From: Bacteroidia bacterium | GTDB taxonomy: Bacteria > Bacteroidota > Bacteroidia > NS11-12g > UBA955 | NCBI GenBank assembly: GCA_020853295.1 | Contig: JADYZD010000195.1 | Location: 1-45,987, forward strand | Direction of reading: 5' to 3' | Length of the DNA: 45,987 nucleotides | In this document: piece after piece, positions 36,110 to 45,286 of the stretch | Layout: each line of letters begins with the position of its first letter | Numbering within the stretch: the first letter of the stretch is position 1 | Program-made: the position numbers and the translations under genes | Notes under the pieces: generated by a model | Seen by the model: only the letters and a program-made list of their open reading frames with translations | Told to the model about the DNA's origin: nothing | Database searches by the model: none

Positions 36110-37657
36110 ATGAAACAAATTATCAAAATTGGTCTTTTTGCAGTGGTTTTTAGCATTTTTACTACAAGTGCTCTTTTTTCAACCCACATTATGGGGTCGG
36201 ATATGACAACCAAATGTTTGGGCAACAATAAATATTTGGTCACAACCACCTTGTACCGTGATTGCAGGGGCGTTCCACTAAACTCTCCCACCTTTGGCGC
36301 ATATGCTGGCAATTCAGGTGGCTCAGGGTGCGGCAGTTTCACATTGTCTCTTACCAGAAAGTCCATTACAGAGGTAACCAAATTGTGCGATACTGCTAAA
36401 AGTGCATGTTCACCCCAAAACGCTGTGAGTTCAGGAAATGGAGTAGAAAAACATGTATTTGAATACATTGCAGATTTTAACACCACTCCATTAAATGCGA
36501 TTTTAAACAATTCTAACTGTTGTGAAGTAACATTTTATTTAAGTGAATGTTGTAGAAATGGCGCAATTACAACAGGTTCTGCTGGAGAAGAATTTTATAC
36601 CACAAGTACTATTTACTTATGCAATTTAAATGGTGCTTGCAACAACAGTCCTGTAAATACAAATACACCCATATTTTATGCTTGCTGCAACCAGCCTTAC
36701 ATTTATAACCATGGCACAATAGACAGTGGCGAATTGGATTCTTTCAATTTTAAATTAATTCCTTCCATTAAAGGCTCGCCAAATACTTCCGTTACTTATG
36801 CCTCTCCTTTTAGTTTCAAATATCCTTTAACGCCCTATTGCCCAGGTGGTGGAATCACTTGTACGCCCAATCCCAGTGCAAATCCGCCAAGGGGATTTTA
36901 CATGGATTCACTAAACGGAGATTTAATATTCGTTCCCACCAACTGTGCTGAAGTGGCTGTTATGGCAATTGAAATTAATGAATACCGAAAAATTGGAGGT
37001 ACTTGGAAAATTATAACAAAAACGCGAAGAGACATTCAAGTTGCCATGACGGAGTGTGCAGCAAATAATGTTCCTACCATCACCGGCAATAACAAAGTAT
37101 CGGCTTGCCCAGGAGATTCTATATGCTTTAGTATTTCCACAAAAGACGCTAATGCAAGTGGTCAAAAAGGTTCAAATAAGGTAAAAATGGACTGGAACAA
37201 TGGTATTGAAGGTGCTGTGTTTACTGTAAATGACACAACCGCAAGAGAACCTGTGGGTACATTTTGCTGGAAAATTCCAAAAAATGCATCTGGAACCTAC
37301 CATTTTTCAGTTCATGCAAAAGATGACAACTGTCCGAGATATGCAGAATCTTACAAAGGATTTACTGTGAGTGTAAACTGTGGTTTGGGAACTAAAAACA
37401 TTTCAAATTTTGTAGAAAACTACACCACTTTGCAGCCACAACCTGTTAAGAGGGGAGAATTTATCACTGTTCAAAATGCAAATTTGCTCAACCCAACTGT
37501 TGAAGTTTACAACTTATCAGGCCAGTTATTGTCTAGCCTAACAATGAATTCTGAAAACCAAATTGCCATTCCTGAAAGCATGCAATCTGGACTATATGTT
37601 TTGGTGATCAAGGATACCAATTACATTATCAGAAAGCGTTGTTTAATTATTGACTAA
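36110..37657 (+). CDS. Cys-rich secreted protein of unknown function with a T9SS type-A C-terminal sorting domain
   Basis: Signal peptide. N-terminal module THIMGSDMTTKCLGNNKYLVTTTLYRDCRG with many paired cysteines. The C-terminal ~75 aa (VEVYNLSGQLLSSL...GLYVLVIKD) resemble Por_Secre_tail. Confidence 0.7.
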   Translation: MKQIIKIGLFAVVFSIFTTSALFSTHIMGSDMTTKCLGNNKYLVTTTLYRDCRGVPLNSPTFGAYAGNSGGSGCGSFTLSLTRKSITEVTKLCDTAKSACSPQNAVSSGNGVEKHVFEYIADFNTTPLNAILNNSNCCEVTFYLSECCRNGAITTGSAGEEFYTTSTIYLCNLNGACNNSPVNTNTPIFYACCNQPYIYNHGTIDSGELDSFNFKLIPSIKGSPNTSVTYASPFSFKYPLTPYCPGGGITCTPNPSANPPRGFYMDSLNGDLIFVPTNCAEVAVMAIEINEYRKIGGTWKIITKTRRDIQVAMTECAANNVPTITGNNKVSACPGDSICFSISTKDANASGQKGSNKVKMDWNNGIEGAVFTVNDTTAREPVGTFCWKIPKNASGTYHFSVHAKDDNCPRYAESYKGFTVSVNCGLGTKNISNFVENYTTLQPQPVKRGEFITVQNANLLNPTVEVYNLSGQLLSSLTMNSENQIAIPESMQSGLYVLVIKDTNYIIRKRCLIID

Positions 37658-37694
37658 AAAAAATATAACACCCGTTTATAATTTAAGTTTCATG

Positions 37695-37733
37695 GAAGGG
37701 AGATTTCTTGAGGGGGAAATCTCCTTTCTTTTT
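37695..37733 (+). terminator. Rho-independent terminator after the Cys-rich T9SS cargo gene
   Basis: 9-bp perfect stem ggagatttc (37699-37707) / gaaatctcc (37716-37724) with an 8-nt loop. It extends to about 13 bp and is followed by tttct-ttttt. Confidence 0.65.
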
Positions 37734-37870
37734 GGTTCTTTGATAGCAAATGATTTTTCCAGAAATATCCTATAAATAGAACAGTTCATACAGTTGTAGG
37801 AAAAATTAAACGGCATTCTCTGCAATTCATATAAGAATTTGCTAAATTGCACCTTCATAACTTGCGCAGT

Positions 37871-40717
37871 ATGACTTTTGACTTAAAATCTTCAAACAAC
37901 AATCCTGTAGCCAAGGAGCCAGCAACTACCGGTTCCGGGAATACTCCATTTGTCCAAAATACCGATACCAAAGTAGCTTGGATAGACGATAAAGCGTATG
38001 AGATTAGAGATGGTGAAACCATTCTACAGTTCATTAGAAGAAATGCAGGCCAGGATTTGGTGCCTACCTTGTGCGATGCGCCCAATTTAGAACCATTTGG
38101 AAGCTGCAGGGTGTGCAGTGTAGATGTTGCTTTGCAGCAAAATGGTGCAGTTAGAAGCCAAGCCAGCTGCCATACTCCAGTTGCTGCCAACAGCTATATT
38201 TATCCAAACAGCAATAGAATTCAAAAATTACGCAAAAACATAATAGAGCTGGTTTTAACTGACCACCCTCTTGATTGTTTGACCTGCGAGGTAAATAACA
38301 ACTGTGAATTGCAGGAAGTAGCAGCTAAGGTTGGTGTGCGCAGTGTTCGCTATCCTGAAGGCAAAACCCATTTGGACCGTAAAAAAGACCGTAGCCACCC
38401 ATACATGACCTCAGATATGAGCAAATGCATCAATTGTTTCCGATGCGTTAGGGCTTGCGATGAAGTACAAGGGCAATTTGTACTGAGCATGGCTGGCCGT
38501 GGTTTTGACAGCCATATTGTAAAAGGTTCTGAAGTAAACTTTTTTGAAAGTGATTGTGTAAGCTGCGGTGCGTGTGCCCAAGCTTGCCCAACCAGCGCTA
38601 TTAGTGATGTTTTTGAAAGCAAAAGCATTGCAAATACAGAAAAAACCCGCACAATTTGTACGTATTGTGGAGTAGGTTGCAACCTGGAAGTGGCCACAGT
38701 TGGCGGAAAAGTAAAGAGCATTCAAGCACCGTATGATGCAAAAGTAAATGAAGGTCATACATGCCTAAAAGGCCGGTTTGCATTTGGATTTTACAACCAT
38801 CCCGATAGGTTAAAAACCCCATTAATCCGCAAAAGAAATCTTGATGGAACTAAAGGCGAATTGGTGCCTGCCACCTGGGATGAGGCTTATGATTTTATCG
38901 CCAAAAAGTTTACAGATATCAAGACCAATTTGGGCCCTGATTATATAGCCGGTATTTCTAGTGCCCGTTGCACAAATGAAGAAAATTACCTCATGCAAAA
39001 ATTTATGCGTGTGGCAATAGGAACCAATAATATTGACAGTTGTGCAAGGGTTTGTCACTCTCCCACTGCACTTGGTATGCAGCGCACATTTGGAACAGGT
39101 GCCGCAACCAATAGTATTATTGATTTGAAATACACCAATTTAATTATGGTAATTGGTGCCAATCCTACCGACGGCCACCCAGTAACTGGAGCCAAATTGA
39201 AACAATTTGCTATGAAGAACACGGCAATTGTTATCGATCCCCGAAAAACAGAAATGGCCAAATACGCAAAATACCATTTGCAATTGAGGCCTGGAACCAA
39301 TGTGGCATTGTTAAATATGATGCTGTACTACATTATTTCTGAAGGGTTAGAGGACAAAGATTTCATACAAAACCGCACTGAAGGATACGAAGAATTTAAG
39401 GCTAAAATATTGGCCCTTGATATAGATGAATCGGAAAAAGTAACTGGTGTTGACCGCAATTTGGTTAGAGAAGCAGCAATGGCATATGCTTCAGCACCCA
39501 ATGCCATGAGTTTCCATGGACTTGGAGTAACAGAGCACTCTTTGGGTACTTTTACCGTAATGCAAATTGCAGATTTGGCAATGATAACTGGCAACATTGG
39601 CCGCCGTGGGGTTGGTGTAAATCCACTTCGTGGGCAAAACAATGTACAAGGGGCGGCAGACATGGGTTGCCAGCCGCATCAAGGTGCAGGATATTACGAT
39701 GTTACCGATCCACAGTACCACAAAATGTACGAAGAATTTTATGGTGCAAAATTGCCTGATTATGTGGGATATAAAATTCCCCAAATGTACGATGCCGCAT
39801 TGCAAGGCAAACTAAAAGGCCTTTGGTTAATGGGTGAAGATGTTGTACAAACCGATCCCAACACCCACCATGTAAAAGCTGCCTTAAATGAGTTAGACAT
39901 TCTTGTAGTTCAGGAAATATTTATGACCGAGACTGCAATGATGGCTGATGTGGTTTTGCCAGCGTCTTCATTTTTAGAAAAAAGTGGAACCTTTACCAAT
40001 GGAGAACGCAGAATACAACGCGTTCAACAAGTGGTTGAGCCACTTGAAGGCACCAAGCCAGATGGACAAATAGTGATTGACCTGTTGAACAGAATGGGTG
40101 TAAAACAACCCGATTACGATGCTGATTTAATGTTGCAAGAAATCTCTCAAATTGTGCCATTTTTTGCAGGGGTAAAATGGAATGAATTGGGCGATAATGG
40201 CAAGCAATGGCCTGTGATGCAAGATGGCTCTGATACCGAAATTTTGCACCTATCTGAGTTCAAACGAGGTAAAGGAAAATTCATCAGCGCTGAATGGAGA
40301 GAAACCCAAGAAATTGTTCTAAATGGCGCGGAGTTTCCCTATATTATTACCACCAATAGGGAGTTGGAACATTATAACAATGGCACCATGACCCGCAGAA
40401 CAGGCAATGTTAAAATTCTAACTGAAGACGTTTTGCTGATCAATAAAATTGATGCAGATAGGCATGAAATAAAAGATGGGGATATGGTTTGCATAATCAG
40501 TGCCAGAGGTAAAGTAGATGTGAAAGCCCGCATTAGTGATGCCATGAAACCGGGTATTTTTTCTTCTACCTTTCACTTTCCAGAAATTGCGATGAACAAC
40601 ATTACCAGCAGTTACTGCGATACGGATGCCTTGTGCCCAGAATACAAAGTAGTTGCCTGCAACATCAGAAAAAGCAAAGGAAATTATAAAGAAAATCCAG
40701 CTACTGTTTTGGCTTAG
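37871..40717 (+). CDS. fdhA: Formate dehydrogenase alpha subunit (NuoG-like Fe-S N-terminus + Mo/W-bis-MGD domain), cysteine type
   Basis: 2Fe-2S and 4Fe-4S motifs are present: CRVCSV, HPLDCLTCEVNNNCELQ, CINCFRCVRAC, CVSCGACAQACP, CTYCGVGC. The catalytic segment CARVCHSPT aligns with E. coli FdhH ARVUHGPS. The Cys codon is TGT at 39053-39055. ATG at 37871. Confidence 0.85.
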   Translation: MTFDLKSSNNNPVAKEPATTGSGNTPFVQNTDTKVAWIDDKAYEIRDGETILQFIRRNAGQDLVPTLCDAPNLEPFGSCRVCSVDVALQQNGAVRSQASCHTPVAANSYIYPNSNRIQKLRKNIIELVLTDHPLDCLTCEVNNNCELQEVAAKVGVRSVRYPEGKTHLDRKKDRSHPYMTSDMSKCINCFRCVRACDEVQGQFVLSMAGRGFDSHIVKGSEVNFFESDCVSCGACAQACPTSAISDVFESKSIANTEKTRTICTYCGVGCNLEVATVGGKVKSIQAPYDAKVNEGHTCLKGRFAFGFYNHPDRLKTPLIRKRNLDGTKGELVPATWDEAYDFIAKKFTDIKTNLGPDYIAGISSARCTNEENYLMQKFMRVAIGTNNIDSCARVCHSPTALGMQRTFGTGAATNSIIDLKYTNLIMVIGANPTDGHPVTGAKLKQFAMKNTAIVIDPRKTEMAKYAKYHLQLRPGTNVALLNMMLYYIISEGLEDKDFIQNRTEGYEEFKAKILALDIDESEKVTGVDRNLVREAAMAYASAPNAMSFHGLGVTEHSLGTFTVMQIADLAMITGNIGRRGVGVNPLRGQNNVQGAADMGCQPHQGAGYYDVTDPQYHKMYEEFYGAKLPDYVGYKIPQMYDAALQGKLKGLWLMGEDVVQTDPNTHHVKAALNELDILVVQEIFMTETAMMADVVLPASSFLEKSGTFTNGERRIQRVQQVVEPLEGTKPDGQIVIDLLNRMGVKQPDYDADLMLQEISQIVPFFAGVKWNELGDNGKQWPVMQDGSDTEILHLSEFKRGKGKFISAEWRETQEIVLNGAEFPYIITTNRELEHYNNGTMTRRTGNVKILTEDVLLINKIDADRHEIKDGDMVCIISARGKVDVKARISDAMKPGIFSSTFHFPEIAMNNITSSYCDTDALCPEYKVVACNIRKSKGNYKENPATVLA

Positions 40718-40804
40718 ATTTTATAATTAAATACTACAGTTGCGCATTTACACAATCAACCAAACATTTCACTCAGTTGATGTTTGTTGGAATTTCATTT
40801 CACT

Positions 40805-40812
40805 TAAATTTG
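40805..40812 (+). promoter_or_regulatory. Candidate -7 promoter box (taaatttg)
   Basis: Exact TAnnTTTG ending 4 nt before the ATG at 40817. Confidence 0.45.
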
Positions 40813-40816
40813 AGAT

Positions 40817-41161
40817 ATGAAAAAAGCGGTCCCTTTTGCAATTATTGCCATCTTTATATTCGCCTTCACTCGGCCAACTGAAAACCCCAACAAATACACG
40901 TATAAAAAAGACGTTCAACCTATAATTTCAATGTATTGCTTGCAATGCCACTCTGGCTCTAGCAACTCTTATATGCATCCCTGTAATTTGAATGGCTATG
41001 ATAGCGTAAAAATATCTGTACTCAACGGTACATTTAGAGATAGGGTTTTGGTAAAAAAAGACATGCCCCAATCTCCACTTTGGCAGGTTGGCCAGCACCT
41101 CAGTCAAGAGCAACTCAATGTTCTAGACTCTTGGATATTGGCGGGCACACCATTAGAGTAA
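40817..41161 (+). CDS. Small exported heme-binding (CxxCH) domain protein, putative c-type cytochrome
   Basis: N-terminal hydrophobic anchor. V.PIIS.YCLQCHSG (CxxCH), ...KKDMPQ (a possible Met ligand), ...LSQEQLNVLDSWILAG. The layout resembles Haem_bd / PSCyt1-type domains. Confidence 0.6.
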   Translation: MKKAVPFAIIAIFIFAFTRPTENPNKYTYKKDVQPIISMYCLQCHSGSSNSYMHPCNLNGYDSVKISVLNGTFRDRVLVKKDMPQSPLWQVGQHLSQEQLNVLDSWILAGTPLE

Positions 41162-41341
41162 AATCTTTATTGATTTATACCAATTTCATTATTTCATAAC
41201 TATAAATTGCAAATTAATTGAGTTGCTCAATTTTATTTTGCAATAATCCGTACGTTTATTTCACTTTGCCCAAAACGAAGTAAAAATCAATATTGGATTT
41301 GTTTTTTTTTAATTTTCTTCGCATCCATAAATTGATGCCCA

Positions 41342-43789
41342 ATGAAAGGAATATTTTTACTTGCAGGAGTTTTTTGTTTCACTTCGGTTTACTCCCAAAC
41401 CCAAACCATTCGGGGGAAAGTTACCGACAAGGAAAGTCAGCAAGTGCTAAAATCTGTAAGTGTGCAGATTACAACGCCAGGGATTGACAGCGGCAAAACT
41501 GCCATTACTGATAACTTTGGTGAGTACCTAATTGAAAATGTTGGGGTAGGTCGGCACAGTATCTTGGTAAAGCGGACCGAATACAAACCGTTACTCTTGA
41601 ACAACATTATCGTTTCATCGGGCAAAGAAGTGGTTCTTAATATTGAAATTGAGGAAGAAATCATAGAAATCGCAGAAGTGAAAATTTCAGTAAAACAGCG
41701 ACAAACCCAACCAAATAACGAAAATGCCCTTGTAAGCGCAAGACTTTTTACAGTAGATGAAACGGATAGGTTTGCAGGAAGTAGGGGCGACCCAGCAAGG
41801 ATGGCTAGCAACTTTGCAGGTGTACAAGGGGCTGATGACAGCAGAAATGACATAGTAGTAAGGGGAAATAGTCCGCAGGGTGTATTGTGGAGGCTCGAAG
41901 GAATTGATATTCCAAATCCAAATCATTTTGCCATTCCTGGAACAACTGGAGGACCTGTTTCAATTATCAACAACAAAATCTTGGCAAATAGTGATTTTTT
42001 TACGGGTGCTTTTCCCGCAGAATATGGCAATTCTACTGCAGGTGCTTTTGACCTTAAAATGCGAAATGGAAACAATAAAAAACGCGAGTACAGCACCCAG
42101 TTTGGGTTTTTGGGTTGGGATTTATTGGCCGAGGGACCATTTTCTAAAAACAGCAAATCTTCATATATGGCCACCTATCGGTATTCCACATTGGCCTTGT
42201 TTGAAACCTTAAATATTAAAATAGGAACTGATGCGGTTCCTCAATACCAGGATGCTTCATTTAAACTCAATTTTCCACTGGGTACAAAAGGCAATTTGTC
42301 GTTTTTCGGTATTGGCGGCAGCAGCAAAATCAATATTTTAATTAGTGATAAAAAAGAAAGCAGTGGTGAACTTTATGGAGATGATGACAGGGACCAGTTG
42401 TTTGGCTCTAGAATGGGAATTGCAGGCAGTGCCTTTACCTGGAATATCAATTCTAGAAGCTATTTTAAAGGAGTAATAGCAGTAAGCCACCAAACAGTAA
42501 CTGCAGAACACAGATTGGTATTTAGGCACATTACAGATACGATATTTTCAGCAGGAGAAACCAAATTTAGGTATCAATTGGATTCGTTAATTCCAAATTT
42601 GGATTATCGTTTCAGAATTAATTCAGTTGGAACACACCTTTTTGTAAATACGAAAATCAACAGCCGTACATCCATAAGGTATGGTGCACAAATCACTCGG
42701 TATGGCTATAAATTTCAAGACAGCGCGCGCAATTTTGATTTTGTCGATACCAATAATTATTGGAAATGGTTTACCCGATGGAATTCTACTGGATTTGGTT
42801 TGCTGCTCCAGCCCTATGTTCAAATGAAATGGCAACCCAGAAAAAAAATACTTTTTTCTGCAGGATTAACCTCACAAGTATTTACCATACATGATGATGA
42901 AAGTGGTGCAACACACAGCAGCGTTTCGGCCATACAACCGCGGCTAGGATTCAGGTACAGTTTGGCAAAAGGACAATTTATCAATTTTGGAGCAGGAATG
43001 CACAGTCAAATTCAACCTGCATATACCTATTTTTATATACTGCCAGGCAATTCAAAACCCCACAATTTAGGCATGGGAATGACCAAAAGCACACATCTGG
43101 TTTTGGGTTATGACAGAATGATAGGAAAAGACAAGCATGCAAAAATTGAAACTTATTATCAAAATTTATCCAATATTCCAGTAGAACAAAGGAGTAGTTC
43201 TTTCAGCTTGGCAAATACAGGAAGTGGGTTTAGTAGGTTTTTCCCAGATACCTTAAAAAACACGGGTACAGGTTACAATTATGGCATTGAATTTACATTT
43301 GAAAAATCATTTACAAAAGGCTATTATTATTTAACTTCATTGAGTCTTTTTGATGCAAAATATAAGGGCAGTGATGGAGTAATAAGAAATTCAGATTTTA
43401 ATACCAATTATGCATTTAATACACTGATTGCGAAGGAATGGAAAGTGAGCAAAAGAGGGGTTTTAAATGCTGGAGGGAAAATTACATTGGCCGGCGCCCG
43501 TAGGTATTCTCCAATGGATACAGCAGCTAGCAAAAGACAGCGCGAATACATAGAACAAGATGCACTCAAAAATACCTTGCGCTTTGGCAGCTCTTATGCA
43601 CGTTTCGATATTCGATTGTCTTATAAAATAAATGCAAAAAAAGTGACACATGAATTTGCAATAGATATTGTAAACGCGAGCAATAGAAAAAATATTTTGA
43701 AATATTCTTATACATCTGATGCACCGAATTACAGACAAGAATATCAATTGGGATTGTTGCCCCTTTTTTACTACAAATTGGATTTTTAA
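41342..43789 (+). CDS. TonB-dependent receptor with an N-terminal carboxypeptidase-regulatory-like domain
   Basis: Signal peptide. IRGKVTDKESQQVLKSVSVQI...GEYLIENVGVGRHSILV (CarbopepD_reg). Plug-like DETDRFAGSRGDPARMASNFAGVQG...VVRGNSP. A long beta-barrel ends in an aromatic residue (YYKLDF). Confidence 0.75.
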   Translation: MKGIFLLAGVFCFTSVYSQTQTIRGKVTDKESQQVLKSVSVQITTPGIDSGKTAITDNFGEYLIENVGVGRHSILVKRTEYKPLLLNNIIVSSGKEVVLNIEIEEEIIEIAEVKISVKQRQTQPNNENALVSARLFTVDETDRFAGSRGDPARMASNFAGVQGADDSRNDIVVRGNSPQGVLWRLEGIDIPNPNHFAIPGTTGGPVSIINNKILANSDFFTGAFPAEYGNSTAGAFDLKMRNGNNKKREYSTQFGFLGWDLLAEGPFSKNSKSSYMATYRYSTLALFETLNIKIGTDAVPQYQDASFKLNFPLGTKGNLSFFGIGGSSKINILISDKKESSGELYGDDDRDQLFGSRMGIAGSAFTWNINSRSYFKGVIAVSHQTVTAEHRLVFRHITDTIFSAGETKFRYQLDSLIPNLDYRFRINSVGTHLFVNTKINSRTSIRYGAQITRYGYKFQDSARNFDFVDTNNYWKWFTRWNSTGFGLLLQPYVQMKWQPRKKILFSAGLTSQVFTIHDDESGATHSSVSAIQPRLGFRYSLAKGQFINFGAGMHSQIQPAYTYFYILPGNSKPHNLGMGMTKSTHLVLGYDRMIGKDKHAKIETYYQNLSNIPVEQRSSSFSLANTGSGFSRFFPDTLKNTGTGYNYGIEFTFEKSFTKGYYYLTSLSLFDAKYKGSDGVIRNSDFNTNYAFNTLIAKEWKVSKRGVLNAGGKITLAGARRYSPMDTAASKRQREYIEQDALKNTLRFGSSYARFDIRLSYKINAKKVTHEFAIDIVNASNRKNILKYSYTSDAPNYRQEYQLGLLPLFYYKLDF

Positions 43790-43817
43790 TTTCATTTGTT
43801 TTGTGGCGTTTTACAGG

Positions 43818-43825
43818 TAGTTTTG
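43818..43825 (+). promoter_or_regulatory. Candidate -7 promoter box (tagttttg)
   Basis: Exact TAnnTTTG ending 5 nt before the ATG at 43831. Confidence 0.45.
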
Positions 43826-43830
43826 TGGTC

Positions 43831-44229
43831 ATGAAATACCCTCGCTTTATGATTATTGCTGCATTGTTTTTACTACTTTCTTGTGGCAAGAAAACCTATA
43901 CTGCAATAGAGACACCTGCCCCACCCCTGGTTCAGTGTAAAGATACTTTTGGCACTGCACTTTTTGTCAATACCAAAACAACAGAAATACGGTTAATCCT
44001 TAGTTCAAAAACTTCAACAAAAGAGGGGAATGTGGTAGTAAATACATGGAAAAATTACAGCACAATTAACATTAAAGCTGGAGATAGTACAAGGGTGGTT
44101 TTACCTGCAAATAAGCAATTCATGTATACCGTTTACGCCCCTGTAAGTGGCAATGTTCAGGGTTATGGAGTAGTAGCAGAAGACAAGTTTATTATAAGCC
44201 CTTGCGAAATGCGCAGTTTGCGTTTATGA
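43831..44229 (+). CDS. Hypothetical small lipoprotein downstream of the TonB-dependent receptor
   Basis: MKYPRFMIIAALFLLLSCGKK lipobox. The 132-aa product looks beta-rich. Confidence 0.6.
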   Translation: MKYPRFMIIAALFLLLSCGKKTYTAIETPAPPLVQCKDTFGTALFVNTKTTEIRLILSSKTSTKEGNVVVNTWKNYSTINIKAGDSTRVVLPANKQFMYTVYAPVSGNVQGYGVVAEDKFIISPCEMRSLRL

Positions 44230-44254
44230 AATTTGTTTGGTTATCACTGTGTCC

Positions 44255-44285
44255 AATGCTTTGCACATGTGCACAAGCATTTTTT
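44255..44285 (+). terminator. Rho-independent terminator
   Basis: Hairpin aatgctt-t-gcaca/tgtgc-ac-aagcatt (44255-44281) followed by a T5 run. Confidence 0.6.
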
Positions 44286-44305
44286 CAGAGATGAAGTACT
44301 ACTGA

Positions 44306-44313
44306 TACATTTG
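44306..44313 (+). promoter_or_regulatory. Candidate -7 promoter box (tacatttg)
   Basis: Exact TAnnTTTG ending 4 nt before the ATG at 44318. Confidence 0.45.
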
Positions 44314-44317
44314 AAAG

Positions 44318-45277
44318 ATGAAATTTTGGTGGATTCTGATTTGTGCAGGTCTTGCATCCTGCGTGTCAATGAAAAAATACAAAGAGTTGGAGACTGCTAA
44401 AGCGGTTTCTGAACAAAAATTAGAAGGCAAAGTTGCGGATTGTGAAACAAGAAACAGCTCACTTCTTACCACCATAGCCGAATTAGAAGGCCGACGTGCA
44501 TTTTTGGAGAACCAAATTTCGGCATTAATTGATAGTTTAACTGCCTGCAGAGAAGAATTGGCAGAAAATGAAGCTTTTATTAAAAGCCTGGGCGACCAGC
44601 TCGATGATCAAAAAAGAAAATTGGCCGCAGAATTGGAAACAAAAAATAAAATGCTTCAGCAAAAAGAAATCGAATTGAACAATGCAATGGCCCGTGCTGA
44701 AGCAGAAAGGGCAAATGTTGAGAAACTCAGATCAGAGTTGGAAAAAACATCGGACAGGGTTAAAAAATTAGAGAGAGAATTAAACAACAAAGACAGTGCA
44801 GTTTTGGCATTGAAAGAAGAAATTTCTAAGGCACTAAGCGGATTTGACGCTTTGGATATTCAGGTAGAAAATAGAAACGGAAAAGTGTATGTGAGTATGG
44901 CAGAAAAACTGCTGTTTAAAAGTGGCAGTATCACTGTAGATCCAAAAGGCAAAGAGGCTTTGGTAAAATTGGCAGCAGCTTTAAATAAGAAAGCAGATGT
45001 GCAAGTAACGGTAGAGGGACATACCGATAACAAGCCTATGAATTCTGAAAAAATTAAAGACAACTGGGATTTGAGTGTTTTAAGGGCAACCAGCATAGTG
45101 CGCATTTTAACCCAGGATGGCACCATGAATGGGTCAAGAATTACAGCCAATGGCAGAGGAGATACCCAACCTGTTGCAAGCAATGATACTCCAGAAGGTC
45201 GCGCCTTAAACCGCCGCACAGAAATCATATTAACCCCAAGGTTGGATAAAATTTTGGATATCATTAACAGCAATTAA
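44318..45277 (+). CDS. OmpA/MotB-domain lipoprotein with a long coiled-coil N-terminal region
   Basis: Lipobox GLASC. About 150 aa of heptad-like E/K/L-rich sequence. OmpA_C domain: F.SGS..VDPKG...GHTDN.P.......NWDLS..RA.S....L...G...NRRTEIIL. Confidence 0.8.
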   Translation: MKFWWILICAGLASCVSMKKYKELETAKAVSEQKLEGKVADCETRNSSLLTTIAELEGRRAFLENQISALIDSLTACREELAENEAFIKSLGDQLDDQKRKLAAELETKNKMLQQKEIELNNAMARAEAERANVEKLRSELEKTSDRVKKLERELNNKDSAVLALKEEISKALSGFDALDIQVENRNGKVYVSMAEKLLFKSGSITVDPKGKEALVKLAAALNKKADVQVTVEGHTDNKPMNSEKIKDNWDLSVLRATSIVRILTQDGTMNGSRITANGRGDTQPVASNDTPEGRALNRRTEIILTPRLDKILDIINSN

Positions 45278-45286
45278 TTCGCTGAT

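Noticed and set aside
36094-36510. 138-aa minus-strand ORF
   Set aside because: It overlaps the 5' part of the T9SS cargo gene, which has a signal peptide and a CTD, and has no recognisable features of its own.
37676-37858. 60-aa minus-strand ORF in the fdhA upstream region
   Set aside because: It spans the strong plus-strand terminator hairpin, has no promoter box, and its sequence is low-complexity.
37734-37870. Moco riboswitch upstream of fdhA
   Set aside because: The region is AT-rich with no extended conserved stems or GC-rich junctions of the Moco RNA motif that I could recognise. A covariance-model scan would settle it.
30454-37870. The block between the two FDH genes as a genomic island or mobile insertion
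   Set aside because: It has no flanking direct repeats, no tRNA, no integrase or transposase, and no obvious compositional shift. Its contents are housekeeping-like (DEAD helicase, SDR, hydrolase).
39053-39055. Possible selenocysteine (TGA) recoding in FdhA
   Set aside because: The codon aligned with Sec140 of E. coli FdhH is TGT (Cys) and the ORF is uninterrupted. No SECIS element is needed.
41162-41341. Cobalamin or other riboswitch, Fur box, or phase-variable T9 tract (41302-41310) upstream of the TonB-dependent receptor
   Set aside because: No B12-box-like sequence and no match to the Fur consensus. Homopolymers of 8-9 nt recur elsewhere in this AT-rich window (for example 19561-19568 and around 35645), so the T9 run alone is not evidence of phase variation.
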